Positions 26,337 to 34,807 of a stretch of 64,000 bases of DNA are shown here, one piece after another. The notes under the pieces are model-generated. The model did no database searches. It was not told where the DNA came from and saw only the letters and a program-made list of their open reading frames with translations. The position numbers and the translations under genes were made by a program. The first letter of the stretch is position 1; every line of letters begins with the position of its first letter. The DNA lies in IMG/VR virus record IMGVR_UViG_2565956830_000005, positions 18,930 through 82,929 of that record. One strand, given 5' to 3'. This DNA is from a virus. Lineage: Duplodnaviria > Caudoviricetes.

Positions 26337-26957
26337 TCAGCAGCCGGCTTGTTCGTCAGCGCGCTGCGACGGCATCAGCCGCCGGGCCTGTGCCGTCGCG
26401 GTCTCCGCGTCGGGCCAGCAGTACAGCTCCGAGTCGGAGAGGAGGGCTGAGAAGCGCCAACCGTCCGGAGTCCAGGCCCGGCGTCCACGCACCGCGTAGG
26501 AGTTCGCCTCGACCACGGCGAACTGGCGACCGCCGGATGGCCGGCGCACGTACAGGCCGTAGCCCGGCTCCCACAGCCGCAGTTCCGTCAAGGAGTCGAC
26601 GAGCGCCTGCAGTTCGGCGATCCGGGCTCCAAGCTCGTCGGGAGTGGACTCGCCTGCGTTCGGCTGGCTGCCGCCGCTGGTGTCCTTCTCGTCGCCCGGG
26701 CCGAGGTCGATCTCGTCGAGTGCCGGCAGACCGATATCGATGAACTCGACGTCGGGGTGGATGTAGTCGGCGCTCCACGTCGACCAGCCCTTGGCCCCTC
26801 CGACGGTGCGGATCTTCGCCGCCCATGCACGCAGGACGTCGTCCGTGGCGGCCTTGATCAGTTCCTCGGCCGGAGCATCGTTGATCTCCTGCGCAACGAT
26901 GGCAGCCAGCCGCTCACGGGGAGTCCATCGGTCTGGATCCCATTGGCCGGCGGTCAC
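26337..26957 (-). CDS. Hypothetical protein
   Basis: 206 aa, GTGA overlap. Confidence 0.7.
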   Translation of the reverse strand: MTAGQWDPDRWTPRERLAAIVAQEINDAPAEELIKAATDDVLRAWAAKIRTVGGAKGWSTWSADYIHPDVEFIDIGLPALDEIDLGPGDEKDTSGGSQPNAGESTPDELGARIAELQALVDSLTELRLWEPGYGLYVRRPSGGRQFAVVEANSYAVRGRRAWTPDGWRFSALLSDSELYCWPDAETATAQARRLMPSQRADEQAGC

Positions 26958-27607
26958 TGGCTCTCACCGCCCTCGGCGAGGCGGGCGCCGATCCAGCGGG
27001 CGGCGGCGGTGACGGTGCGCAGCGGGTTGCCGCCGCGGCCGCGGCCGTCGTTGGCGTGCAACCAGTGGAGGCGCTGTCCGGCGCCGTACTGGCCGTCGGG
27101 GTGGGGCACGGCGAGCGCCGTCCACACGACGCCGCCCTGCGCTCCACGGCTCTGCGTGATCTCCCCGACCACCACGTCCGCGGTGACCCTCTTGACCTTG
27201 AGTGCGGTGACGACGAAGTCGTACGGCTCCGGATCATGAGCACGGCCGACGCCGAACCACGGCTGCGCGGGCCACAGAAGCAGCCCGGCCTTCTGACGCG
27301 GGGGCAGACCGTACGCCACCCACCTGGTGTCCGTGAGCGTGGTGCCGGTGTCGTCGGTCTTCTCACCGTAGATCACCTGGGCCGCGCCGCAGGAGTGGCA
27401 CACGATGCGCACAACCGTCTGGGCGAAGCTGCTGCGGTGCGAGCAGAACTCATCCGAGCAGCCGTGCTTGACGACAGCGCCCATGTGGCCACCCGAGCGG
27501 GCCACGTCCTCGTCGGTGCGGACCCCGATGTCCCACGCAGGCCGCTTACAGCCACGCTGGTGCTGGGGCGTCTCCCAGCCCAGGTAGGTATCGAGTGCGC
27601 TCTTCAC
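26954..27607 (-). CDS. Cys/His-rich hypothetical protein, paralog of 61759-62373
   Basis: HxxGCxxPAW, HxCxxxxCxH, VCxSC, GLxLWP and AAxWI shared by both. Confidence 0.75.
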   Translation of the reverse strand: MKSALDTYLGWETPQHQRGCKRPAWDIGVRTDEDVARSGGHMGAVVKHGCSDEFCSHRSSFAQTVVRIVCHSCGAAQVIYGEKTDDTGTTLTDTRWVAYGLPPRQKAGLLLWPAQPWFGVGRAHDPEPYDFVVTALKVKRVTADVVVGEITQSRGAQGGVVWTALAVPHPDGQYGAGQRLHWLHANDGRGRGGNPLRTVTAAARWIGARLAEGGESQ

Positions 27608-28392
27608 AGGCCACCGTCCTGGACCTCGTCGACGTCGCCACGCTCGTCCGCAACATCGGCGTCCCGCGCCTCGCCCATCTGCAGGACGTACTCGTCGGAC
27701 GCACCGTGCCCATACCGGGCGTCGAGGTCGTCGGCCTCCAGGCAGATCGGGTGTCGGGCCTCAGTGGGTTCATCCCACGGGGCAGTCAGCTCGATGCCGA
27801 AGATGGTCCGCAACTCGTCCTGCGACACCAGGTCCTGCGAGATGAGAGCCGGGGTACGGCCACGCTCCCATCGCTGCCCGGACCGGAGCCGGACAACGAG
27901 CGCCGCGCGCTGCCCCTCCGACTCGGCGACCCGAGCTCGCGCCTCGCGCGCCTTCTCACACATCGCCATGCCCCGCTGGACCGCCTGCTTGTGCAGGCCG
28001 TCCAGCTCGGTAACCCGGTTGATGAGCCACTCCACAGCAGGAGTCAGCGTTTCCCCCAACTCCATGGGGACCTTGCTCGCCTCCCCGTTCGGCGAGAGCG
28101 CGCCGCGCATGTTCAGCGCATCGTTCTGAAGGGCTACGAGACGGGCATGGCGCCGATCGCGCTGCGCCTCCAGGCGGCGGATCTCCGCCACCAGCGCGGG
28201 CACGTCGTCCCCCGCCAGCCGGTTCCACTCGTCAGCAGTGGCGTCGCCGCCGAACTCGTACAGATGGGCCCCACGCTCCTCAGCCTCCGCGAGACGCCCT
28301 GCCGACAGCGCCTGCGGCTCCTGGCCCACGGGCATCGGCAGCGCACCCAACGCGAGCACTGCGGCCTCAGTGGTCTTGAGTGGTTCGGTCAC
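27604..28392 (-). CDS. Hypothetical coiled-coil protein
   Basis: ALGALPMPVG, DVPALVAEIRRLE; coupled overlaps. Confidence 0.7.
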   Translation of the reverse strand: MTEPLKTTEAAVLALGALPMPVGQEPQALSAGRLAEAEERGAHLYEFGGDATADEWNRLAGDDVPALVAEIRRLEAQRDRRHARLVALQNDALNMRGALSPNGEASKVPMELGETLTPAVEWLINRVTELDGLHKQAVQRGMAMCEKAREARARVAESEGQRAALVVRLRSGQRWERGRTPALISQDLVSQDELRTIFGIELTAPWDEPTEARHPICLEADDLDARYGHGASDEYVLQMGEARDADVADERGDVDEVQDGGL

Positions 28393-28973
28393 AGTCCACC
28401 GTCCAGTTCGGCACGGTGGTCGGCTGCGGCGAGTTCGTCACCGGCGCGGGCGAGCGCGTTGGAGACGCACATCGGGGTGCAGTACCAGCTCGGTTGGTCC
28501 CCGGTGCCGGCGACTTCCAGGCGCGCCCACGCGAAGAGGGCCGGGTCGCTGGCGTCGCAGTCATCGGTGGTGCCGCACCCCGGGGTGGAGCACTTCGCGT
28601 ACGGGTCGCGGAGCTCCATGTCCAGGAGGGAGGCGAGCTTGATCCGCTGTTCGCCCTTGACGACCAGGTCGACGGTGACGCCCTGGAAGGCGTGGCTGCA
28701 GTCGATGACGGCTTTCTGGGTGAGGTCGCTGCCGTCCGGGTACGACACGCTCCCGGCCCAGTCCAGGGTGATCGTGAGCGGGTCGGAGTCCAGCGCCCAT
28801 TCGCGCAGGAGATCAACGGCGTTGCCGCGGCCCGGGTCGCACTCGTAGTCCTGGGGCAGCGCGGTGATCTTGTCGGCGGCGTGGGTGAGGATGCCGAACC
28901 TGACCGCGGCTGCGATCGTCCGCCGCATCTCCTGCTGAGGTTCGGTGAGTTCGGTGTCGGGTGTGTGGTTCAC
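28389..28973 (-). CDS. Hypothetical protein
   Basis: 194 aa, GGGAG RBS, C-terminal Cys cluster. Confidence 0.7.
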   Translation of the reverse strand: MNHTPDTELTEPQQEMRRTIAAAVRFGILTHAADKITALPQDYECDPGRGNAVDLLREWALDSDPLTITLDWAGSVSYPDGSDLTQKAVIDCSHAFQGVTVDLVVKGEQRIKLASLLDMELRDPYAKCSTPGCGTTDDCDASDPALFAWARLEVAGTGDQPSWYCTPMCVSNALARAGDELAAADHRAELDGGL

Positions 28974-28997
28974 AGGCGTGGTGCTCCCTGGTGAGGG

Positions 28998-29354
28998 TCA
29001 GATGTGGTCGCCGACGCGGGTACGGCTCCACCGGGTGTGGGTCACGCACAGGGGCCGGCCACTGGACAGCCGCAGCTCCCAGCAGGCGGCGGCGTGGTGC
29101 GAGACGTGGCGGGTGCCGGCGCGGACGTCGCGGCACGTCGTGGTGGTGCGGGTCTTCTTGCCGCTGCGCCGGGTCTTCGTCTTGCACACGTGCCGGTAGC
29201 GGGTCTGCGTCGTCCAGGTCGTGCGCGCCGCCTGGTAGGTCTTGGCAACGACTTGGCCGTGCACGGGGCGGCTCACCGTGGTGGTGCCGCAGGCGGTGAG
29301 CGCGAGGGCGACGGCGGTGAGGACTGCGCCGAGCGCGGCGAGGGTGCGGCTCAT
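28998..29354 (-). CDS. Basic lipoprotein
   Basis: MSRTLAALGAVLTAVALALTAC lipobox; ATGA overlap with the terD stop. Confidence 0.75.
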   Translation of the reverse strand: MSRTLAALGAVLTAVALALTACGTTTVSRPVHGQVVAKTYQAARTTWTTQTRYRHVCKTKTRRSGKKTRTTTTCRDVRAGTRHVSHHAAACWELRLSSGRPLCVTHTRWSRTRVGDHI

Positions 29355-29929
29355 GCCGAGTACTGCTTCGCGAGCTGGAGGAGCTGGTCGCGGCTGCCGG
29401 CGTTGTCGAGTTCGTTGACGGCGGTGATCGCCCAGTCGCTGCCGGTGCGCTGCGCGCGGGCCATGACGCACGCGTTGTTGTGGGAGTCGATGTCCGGCAT
29501 GTATTCGCCGAGCTTCCGGCCGCCCGGGGCGCCGTCGTAGACGTTGAGGGTGATGCCCTCGATGTTGGCGAAGCTGACGCCGGGCTTGAAGGCGGAGACG
29601 ATGAAGACGAGGGTGTTGATGCTGGCGGGGAGGTCGGTCAGGCGGGCGATGATGGTCTCGTCGTCTCCGGTGGCCTTCCCGGTGCGGTTGTCGCCGAGGG
29701 TGACCAGGGAGCCGTTGTCGAAGGCGTCCTCGTTGTCGAACCAGCACAGCCGCTTCGGGCGCCCGTCCTCCAGGGCGACGGCGACCAGGTCGAGGTCGGT
29801 ACCGACCGCACGGCGCAGGCGCCCCATGAGGCCCTTCTGTCCTCCGCCGGACGTCTTCCACGCGACTCCGACCCTCAGGACGGTGACGCCGGTGAGGCCT
29901 TCGGTCTGGTTCTTCAGCAGGCTGAGCAC
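29351..29929 (-). CDS. terD: TerD/TerZ-family protein
   Basis: LRVGVAW, DLDL, GDNRTGKATGDDETI, LVFIVS motifs; GTG with GGAG RBS. Confidence 0.88.
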   Translation of the reverse strand: MLSLLKNQTEGLTGVTVLRVGVAWKTSGGGQKGLMGRLRRAVGTDLDLVAVALEDGRPKRLCWFDNEDAFDNGSLVTLGDNRTGKATGDDETIIARLTDLPASINTLVFIVSAFKPGVSFANIEGITLNVYDGAPGGRKLGEYMPDIDSHNNACVMARAQRTGSDWAITAVNELDNAGSRDQLLQLAKQYSA

Positions 29930-29994
29930 GTTGTTCTCCGAACGGTTGGTGAGTACGGCGCTGGGTGCGCCTGGTGGAGGGGGCGGGGTGGGGG

Positions 29995-31368
29995 TCAGCG
30001 GCGTAGGACGGCGAGTTGGAGCGTGTCCTCGGTCCGGGGGTCGAGCAGCTGCGCGGTGGGCAGCGCAGCCGTGGCGTCGGACTCGGGCACTGGTACGGGC
30101 TCCAGGCGCGCCGTGTCGGCGGTGTGCTCGCCACGGGCGGTGCCGGTCCCGGTGGCGCGGCGGGTGCCGGTGCCGCGGAGGCGGATGCGGATCATGGACA
30201 GCGGGATCACGACGAAGGCCGTGGCGCCTCCAGCCCACAGGAGCGGGTTGCCGAGGAGGCCGCCCGCGAGGCTGACGAGGGTTCCCGCGGCCGCGCCGAC
30301 GAGCGCCAGGCCCCGGCGGCGTTCCCGCGTCATGGGGCTGATGACGGTCTTGCGCCCGCTGCGGCCGGTCCACGCCGTGTAGTGGCGTCCCAGCAGCCAC
30401 TCGCGGAGCATCGACCGCGTGTACAGGTACTTGTTGTAGAAGTTCAGCAGCGTGTACGGCACGAAGCCGAGCGCGGCTTTCTTCCAGCCGACGACGCGGG
30501 AGACCAGGTACATGGTCAGCGCGGTGTGGCCGGCGAACCAGTAGCCCATGTACCGGAACATCGACAGGTGCTGCCAGGTCGCCAGGTTGTAGACCACGAC
30601 GACGGCCCACCACCACAACGTGACCAGGTCGAACATCGCGGTACCGACAGTGAGGAGGGAGCGCCAGTTGAACATCAGGCGCCGGTAGCGGGCGACGTTC
30701 TGGAAGTAGCCGGCCGCCCACCGGGGCATCTGCGCCGTGTACTCGGCCCAGGTCTCCGGGTCGATCGTGAGCGTCAGGGCATCCGCGGTGTACCAGGCCT
30801 TGTAGCCGCCTTCGTGGAGCTTCCAGGTGATGTCCATGTCGGCGCTGATGAGCCCGTTGGGAAACCCGCCGACCGCACGGACGACGTCCGTGCGGAAGGC
30901 GTACGAGGCGCCGGTGAGGACCTGGAGGCGGCCGACCTGGCGCTGGCACAGCCGCCACCACTGGCTGCCGAGGCTGTACGCGAACCGCCGCGCTTCGATG
31001 AAGAAGCCGGTGTCCTGCATGGGAAGGATCGACGAGCAGGTGGCGTCGTAGCCGCGCTCGATGTCGGCGACCATCAGCGGGATGCAGTCGGGCTCCGGCT
31101 TCGAATCGCCGTCGAACCCCACGATCACATCCGCCGTGATGTACGGCAGCGCATGGTTCTGGTTCGCCGCCTTGTCCGCGAACCTCGTCTCCAAAACCAG
31201 CGACGCACCCGCCTCACGGGCAACCTGCGCGGTGCGGTCCGTGCAGGAGTCCGCGACCACGATCAGCTGGGCGACTGGGTAGGGCTGGTCCAGGCATGCC
31301 CGGACCAGCTCCCCGATCGTCGCCTCTTCCTGGTGGGCGGGAATGAGGACGGCGATCGTCAGACTCAG
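29995..31368 (-). CDS. Membrane-embedded processive GT2 glycosyltransferase
   Basis: LIPAHQEE, ADSCTD, KA, FDGDS, SADMD and QMPRW motifs plus C-terminal TMs; start at CTG 31368 (after AGGAG) or GTG 31512. Confidence 0.9.
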   Translation of the reverse strand: MSLTIAVLIPAHQEEATIGELVRACLDQPYPVAQLIVVADSCTDRTAQVAREAGASLVLETRFADKAANQNHALPYITADVIVGFDGDSKPEPDCIPLMVADIERGYDATCSSILPMQDTGFFIEARRFAYSLGSQWWRLCQRQVGRLQVLTGASYAFRTDVVRAVGGFPNGLISADMDITWKLHEGGYKAWYTADALTLTIDPETWAEYTAQMPRWAAGYFQNVARYRRLMFNWRSLLTVGTAMFDLVTLWWWAVVVVYNLATWQHLSMFRYMGYWFAGHTALTMYLVSRVVGWKKAALGFVPYTLLNFYNKYLYTRSMLREWLLGRHYTAWTGRSGRKTVISPMTRERRRGLALVGAAAGTLVSLAGGLLGNPLLWAGGATAFVVIPLSMIRIRLRGTGTRRATGTGTARGEHTADTARLEPVPVPESDATAALPTAQLLDPRTEDTLQLAVLRR

Positions 31369-31481
31369 CCCCGGCCTCTCCTTCCGAGGAAGCGCAGGGC
31401 GCTCCCGGTGGCCCCCATCGCCAGGGACACCCCGGTCAGGAGCATCGCTCCGAACCCGGTGTGAGCCAGTCCGTTGTACAT
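31365..31481 (-). CDS. 38-aa LAXTG sortase-signal micropeptide (not in ORF track)
   Basis: AGGAGGA RBS; MYNG-LAHTG-FGAMLLTGVSLAMGATGSAL-RFLGRRGRG. Confidence 0.75.
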   Translation of the reverse strand: MYNGLAHTGFGAMLLTGVSLAMGATGSALRFLGRRGRG

Positions 31482-31508
31482 GTGAGTTCCTCCTATGAGT
31501 CACGGCCG

Positions 31509-32771
31509 TCACAGCCGCTCGATGTGCGAGGCGACAGGCATGACGCCCCGCGTGTCCAGCACGAAGTTCGCCTGGTCGGCGACGCGCTGGAGGTCAAAGG
31601 CCGAGTGCGCGGTGAGCAGCACGACCGCGTCGAAGTGCCCGCAGTTCAAACCGCTGGCGACGGCGAGCGGGATCTCGCAGAGAACGTCGAGGTCTTCCTT
31701 GGGGAAGAACGGGTCAACGGCGACGACGTAGGCGCCCGCCTCCCGCAGGAGCTCGACGACCTCGGCAGCCGGCGACTGCCGCATGTCAGCGGTGTCCGCC
31801 TTGTACGCCTGCCCCAGGGCGAGGATCCGCGCCCCCTTCAACGCCTGCCCGCGCACGTTCAACGCGTCCTGGAGGCGCCGGGCCACGTACTCGGGCTGCG
31901 ACTCGTTGATGTCCTGCGCAAGCTCGACAAGGCGAAACGGCTGCCCGTGCGCAGTGCGCAGGTGGTGCGCCAGGTAGACCGGGTCGACCGGCAGGCAGTG
32001 CCCACCTACCCCCGGGCCGGGCACGAACTGCATGAACCCGAACGGCTTCGTGCCAGCGAGCCCGAGAGTGCGCCAGACGTCCACACCCAACGTGTGCGCC
32101 ATGCGCGACAGTTCGTTGACGAGGGCGATGTTGACGTGCCGGAAGGTGTTCTCGAAAACCTTCGCCAGCTCCGCCTCCTCCAGCGACCCGGCGACGACGA
32201 TGTTCTGCGTGATCCCGGTGTAGAACTTGTCGACCTGGTCCAGGCAGCCAGCGGTGAGCCCGGAGACGATCTTCGGGGTGTTCGTGAACCGCCACTCCTC
32301 GTTGCCCGGGTCGATGCGCTCCGGGCTGAACCCGACGTGGAAGTCCTCCCCGGCCTTCCAGCCGGTGGCCTCCTCCAGGATCGGGACCAGAACGTCGCGG
32401 GTCGTACCCGGGTGGGTGGTCGATTCCAGGATCACGGTGGCGTCGGCCTTGAGACGCGCGCCGAGAACCTCGGCGGCCTCCCGGACGTAACTCAGGTCGG
32501 GCTGCCGATCCTTGAGCGGCGTCGGCACCGCGATGACCGCGACGTCGAAGTCCTCGATCCGGGTCTCACTGCGCGTCGGCTGGTACCGCCCCGACTCCAG
32601 AGCAGCCGCGAGAGTGTCGTCGGAGACGTCCTCGACGTACGAGGACCCGAAGTGCAGCCGCTCATACCGGTGTTGGTCCGGCTCGAAGCCGACAACCTGA
32701 TGGCCGGCCTCAACGGCAGCCATGGCCAGGGGAAGGCCGACATAGCCCTGCCCCATGACAACGAGTTTCAC
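31509..32771 (-). CDS. UDP-glucose/GDP-mannose dehydrogenase family (UDP-HexNAc dehydrogenase type)
   Basis: GQGYVGLPLA, VPTP, LESTTHPGTT, FSPERIDPGN, KVFENTFRHVNIALVNE, GPGVGGHCLPVDP, AYKADTADMRQSP. Confidence 0.95.
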   Translation of the reverse strand: MKLVVMGQGYVGLPLAMAAVEAGHQVVGFEPDQHRYERLHFGSSYVEDVSDDTLAAALESGRYQPTRSETRIEDFDVAVIAVPTPLKDRQPDLSYVREAAEVLGARLKADATVILESTTHPGTTRDVLVPILEEATGWKAGEDFHVGFSPERIDPGNEEWRFTNTPKIVSGLTAGCLDQVDKFYTGITQNIVVAGSLEEAELAKVFENTFRHVNIALVNELSRMAHTLGVDVWRTLGLAGTKPFGFMQFVPGPGVGGHCLPVDPVYLAHHLRTAHGQPFRLVELAQDINESQPEYVARRLQDALNVRGQALKGARILALGQAYKADTADMRQSPAAEVVELLREAGAYVVAVDPFFPKEDLDVLCEIPLAVASGLNCGHFDAVVLLTAHSAFDLQRVADQANFVLDTRGVMPVASHIERL

Positions 32772-32867
32772 GTGAAGGATTCCCTTCCAGGGACGTGCAT
32801 TCAGAAGTGGCTTGGAGCCGGGCCCGCGGCTGGGGGAGGCACACGGGCCCGGCGTATTTGGGGGCGG

Positions 32868-33053
32868 CTACCAGGGCCAGCGCGGCTTCTTGCCGCCACC
32901 ACCCCTGAGCTCCGCGCGGTGCCGGGCACGGCGGTCGGCTGCCTCACGGGCCTCGCGCTGTTGCTTGCGGGCGGCCTTGTCCCGGTCCGCAATGCCCGGA
33001 TTCGACGCGTACGGGTTGGCGGCCTTCAACCGCCGCTCAAGCCAGCCCATCAA
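32868..33053 (-). CDS. Small basic hypothetical protein
   Basis: 61 aa, overlaps the upstream stop. Confidence 0.55.
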   Translation of the reverse strand: MMGWLERRLKAANPYASNPGIADRDKAARKQQREAREAADRRARHRAELRGGGGKKPRWPW

Positions 33054-33433
33054 GCGGCCGCACGCATCAACGGCAACTGCTCACGGGAGCCGAACTTCGC
33101 CAGGCCCTCATACCAGTCGGTGAACACCTCGACCGGGCCCACACCGTCCACCAGAACCGTGACGGTGATCTCCTCCTCCACCACCACACTGCTGTCGCAG
33201 TAGGTCCGCTGGACGGGGCGGATGGTCACCGTGCCGCCGAGCCGCTCGTACAGGCTGTTCAGCTCAAGCTGCGACCAGACGGACACACGGGTGAGGGACT
33301 CACCCAACTCAGGAACGGGCTTCCAATGGCCGGCGAACCCGAGGGCCGTCCGGACCTTGGCGAGCAGCTGCTCGTCCGGGACTGCGGGCGGTGGGAGTTC
33401 GACGAGGTTGAGAGGGTCGGTAGTCTCGGGCAT
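33050..33433 (-). CDS. Hypothetical protein, first gene of the leftward operon
   Basis: ATG 33433 with AAAGGG RBS. Confidence 0.7.
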   Translation of the reverse strand: MPETTDPLNLVELPPPAVPDEQLLAKVRTALGFAGHWKPVPELGESLTRVSVWSQLELNSLYERLGGTVTIRPVQRTYCDSSVVVEEEITVTVLVDGVGPVEVFTDWYEGLAKFGSREQLPLMRAAA

Positions 33434-33464
33434 TGCCTGCCCTTTCGTCGCAGTCAGGGTGGGT

Positions 33465-33510
33465 GCCCTCGTCCCATACGGCGTTCCAGCGCCGGGACGA
33501 GGGCCTTTTT
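33465..33510. promoter_or_regulatory. Leader stem-loop
   Basis: GCCCTCGTCCC...GGCGTTCCAGCGCC...GGGACGAGGGC followed by CTTTTT on the plus strand. Confidence 0.5.
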
Positions 33511-33522
33511 GCAGAGCAGCCA

Positions 33523-33579
33523 GCGGGCTACTTGCGGCTGACTGTATGGGACCCATACAGTCAGCCGCAAGTAGCCCGC
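33523..33579. promoter_or_regulatory. Perfect 57-bp palindrome containing a symmetric divergent promoter and operator
   Basis: 28-bp arms GCGGGCTACTTGCGGCTGACTGTATGGG around one A; TTGCGG-18 nt-TACAGT reads on both strands. Confidence 0.8.
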
Positions 33580-33599
33580 CTGAATTGGAAGGCGCGGGC

Positions 33600-33950
33600 G
33601 TGACTCACGAAGACGAGGTGCTGCGGGTGTCAGAAGCCCTCAACGCTGTGGAGCGCATCCCTGACCCCGAGGAGCGCGTCAAGGCGATGAGCCAGGTCAT
33701 GGCCGACCAGGTGAAACGCAACGGGGATTGGGCCAAGCAGCGACGCGAGATGGTCCAGAAACTCAAGGGCGAAGGGCTTTCGATCCGGAAGATCGCGGCC
33801 CGGGTCGGTACGTCACCCAGCACGGTGCAGAGCATCCTGAGCGGCTTCACCGACTCGGGCAAGCACCGGCCGCCGACGAAGCCGGACGATCCTGCACCCC
33901 CAGCCGACGCAGCCCAAGGAACAGACAATGGCGCCGGCCCAGGCACCTGA
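33600..33950 (+). CDS. HTH transcriptional regulator
   Basis: EGLSIRKIAARVGTSPSTVQSIL; divergent from the leftward operon. Confidence 0.8.
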   Translation: MTHEDEVLRVSEALNAVERIPDPEERVKAMSQVMADQVKRNGDWAKQRREMVQKLKGEGLSIRKIAARVGTSPSTVQSILSGFTDSGKHRPPTKPDDPAPPADAAQGTDNGAGPGT

Positions 33951-34452
33951 CCCATCGCCGAATACACCAGCGCGGGGCGCCGCGGTATACCGGCTGCGCG
34001 GCGACGCCGGCGAGCTGCTCTACATCGGCTCGGCATACGACCCGGAGCAGCGCTGCAGGGCGCACGAGGCCGAACCCTGGTGGCCACAGGTCGCGGCACG
34101 TGACGACGAGTGGCACCCAACGCGTGGGCACGCCTACCACGCCGAGATGGTGGCGATCGGCACTGATGGGCCGGAGTTCAACGTCATGGGGACGCCGGCA
34201 TACCGAGAGGAGTGCAGCAGACGGGCACACGAAGATCCGGCCCATCGCGCACGAATCAGGGCCGGGTCCGCGGCGGCAAACGGTGCGCCGCGAGAGATCG
34301 TGCAAGCCATCTTGCGCGGAGACCTGAAGTCGTACGGAAGGCGCAGCGGCCCCGTGCACTTCGACTCACCGCAGGAACGGGAGCACTTCGCGATGGCGCG
34401 CCGACCAGCGCGGCCCGAGTCTGAAGGAGCGGTTAGTGAGAGGCGTGGATGA
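33928..34452 (+). CDS. GIY-YIG nuclease family protein
   Basis: AVYRL...LLYIGSA.DP..R...H...WW...E..AI....P.FN. Confidence 0.85.
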   Translation: MAPAQAPDPSPNTPARGAAVYRLRGDAGELLYIGSAYDPEQRCRAHEAEPWWPQVAARDDEWHPTRGHAYHAEMVAIGTDGPEFNVMGTPAYREECSRRAHEDPAHRARIRAGSAAANGAPREIVQAILRGDLKSYGRRSGPVHFDSPQEREHFAMARRPARPESEGAVSERRG

Positions 34453-34807
34453 TCTCGCGCATGGGGTGTTGCCGCGGTGCTCGTTCTACGAGCGCACGCC
34501 CGTCGAGGGCGGATACCGCTACGAGAAGATCAGCATCAAGAGTCCGCGCGGCGACACGCATATGGTGACGGGCCACCCGCCACTTGTTGGAGACCTGATC
34601 TACCTGCGGGACATGGTCAAGGAGCGTGGCGGCCAGTTTCGTGTGATCGATCGGTCGTGGCTGCATTCCAGTTGGGGCTCGACCAGCTGGCCGTACGACC
34701 AGCCCGCCTCCTCAGTCGGGCCGCTGCTCGACATCGTGGTGGAGGCCACGGAAGGACCGTTCGTGAACGAAGTTCCGGGTGTGGAAGAGGAGTCGTCGGA
34801 TGGATGA
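34436..34807 (+). CDS. Hypothetical protein
   Basis: 123 aa, AAGGAG RBS. Confidence 0.7.
   Translation: MRGVDDLAHGVLPRCSFYERTPVEGGYRYEKISIKSPRGDTHMVTGHPPLVGDLIYLRDMVKERGGQFRVIDRSWLHSSWGSTSWPYDQPASSVGPLLDIVVEATEGPFVNEVPGVEEESSDG

Noticed and set aside
33523-33579. Protelomerase (telRL-type) site as primary interpretation
   Set aside because: Odd-length centre, no protelomerase recognisable in the window, and the promoter/operator content with an adjacent HTH explains the position better. Not fully excluded.
33928-34452. GIY-YIG as an intron-encoded homing endonuclease or restriction partner of the methyltransferase
   Set aside because: No interrupted gene or intron structure around it, and it is 20 kb from the intact methyltransferase.
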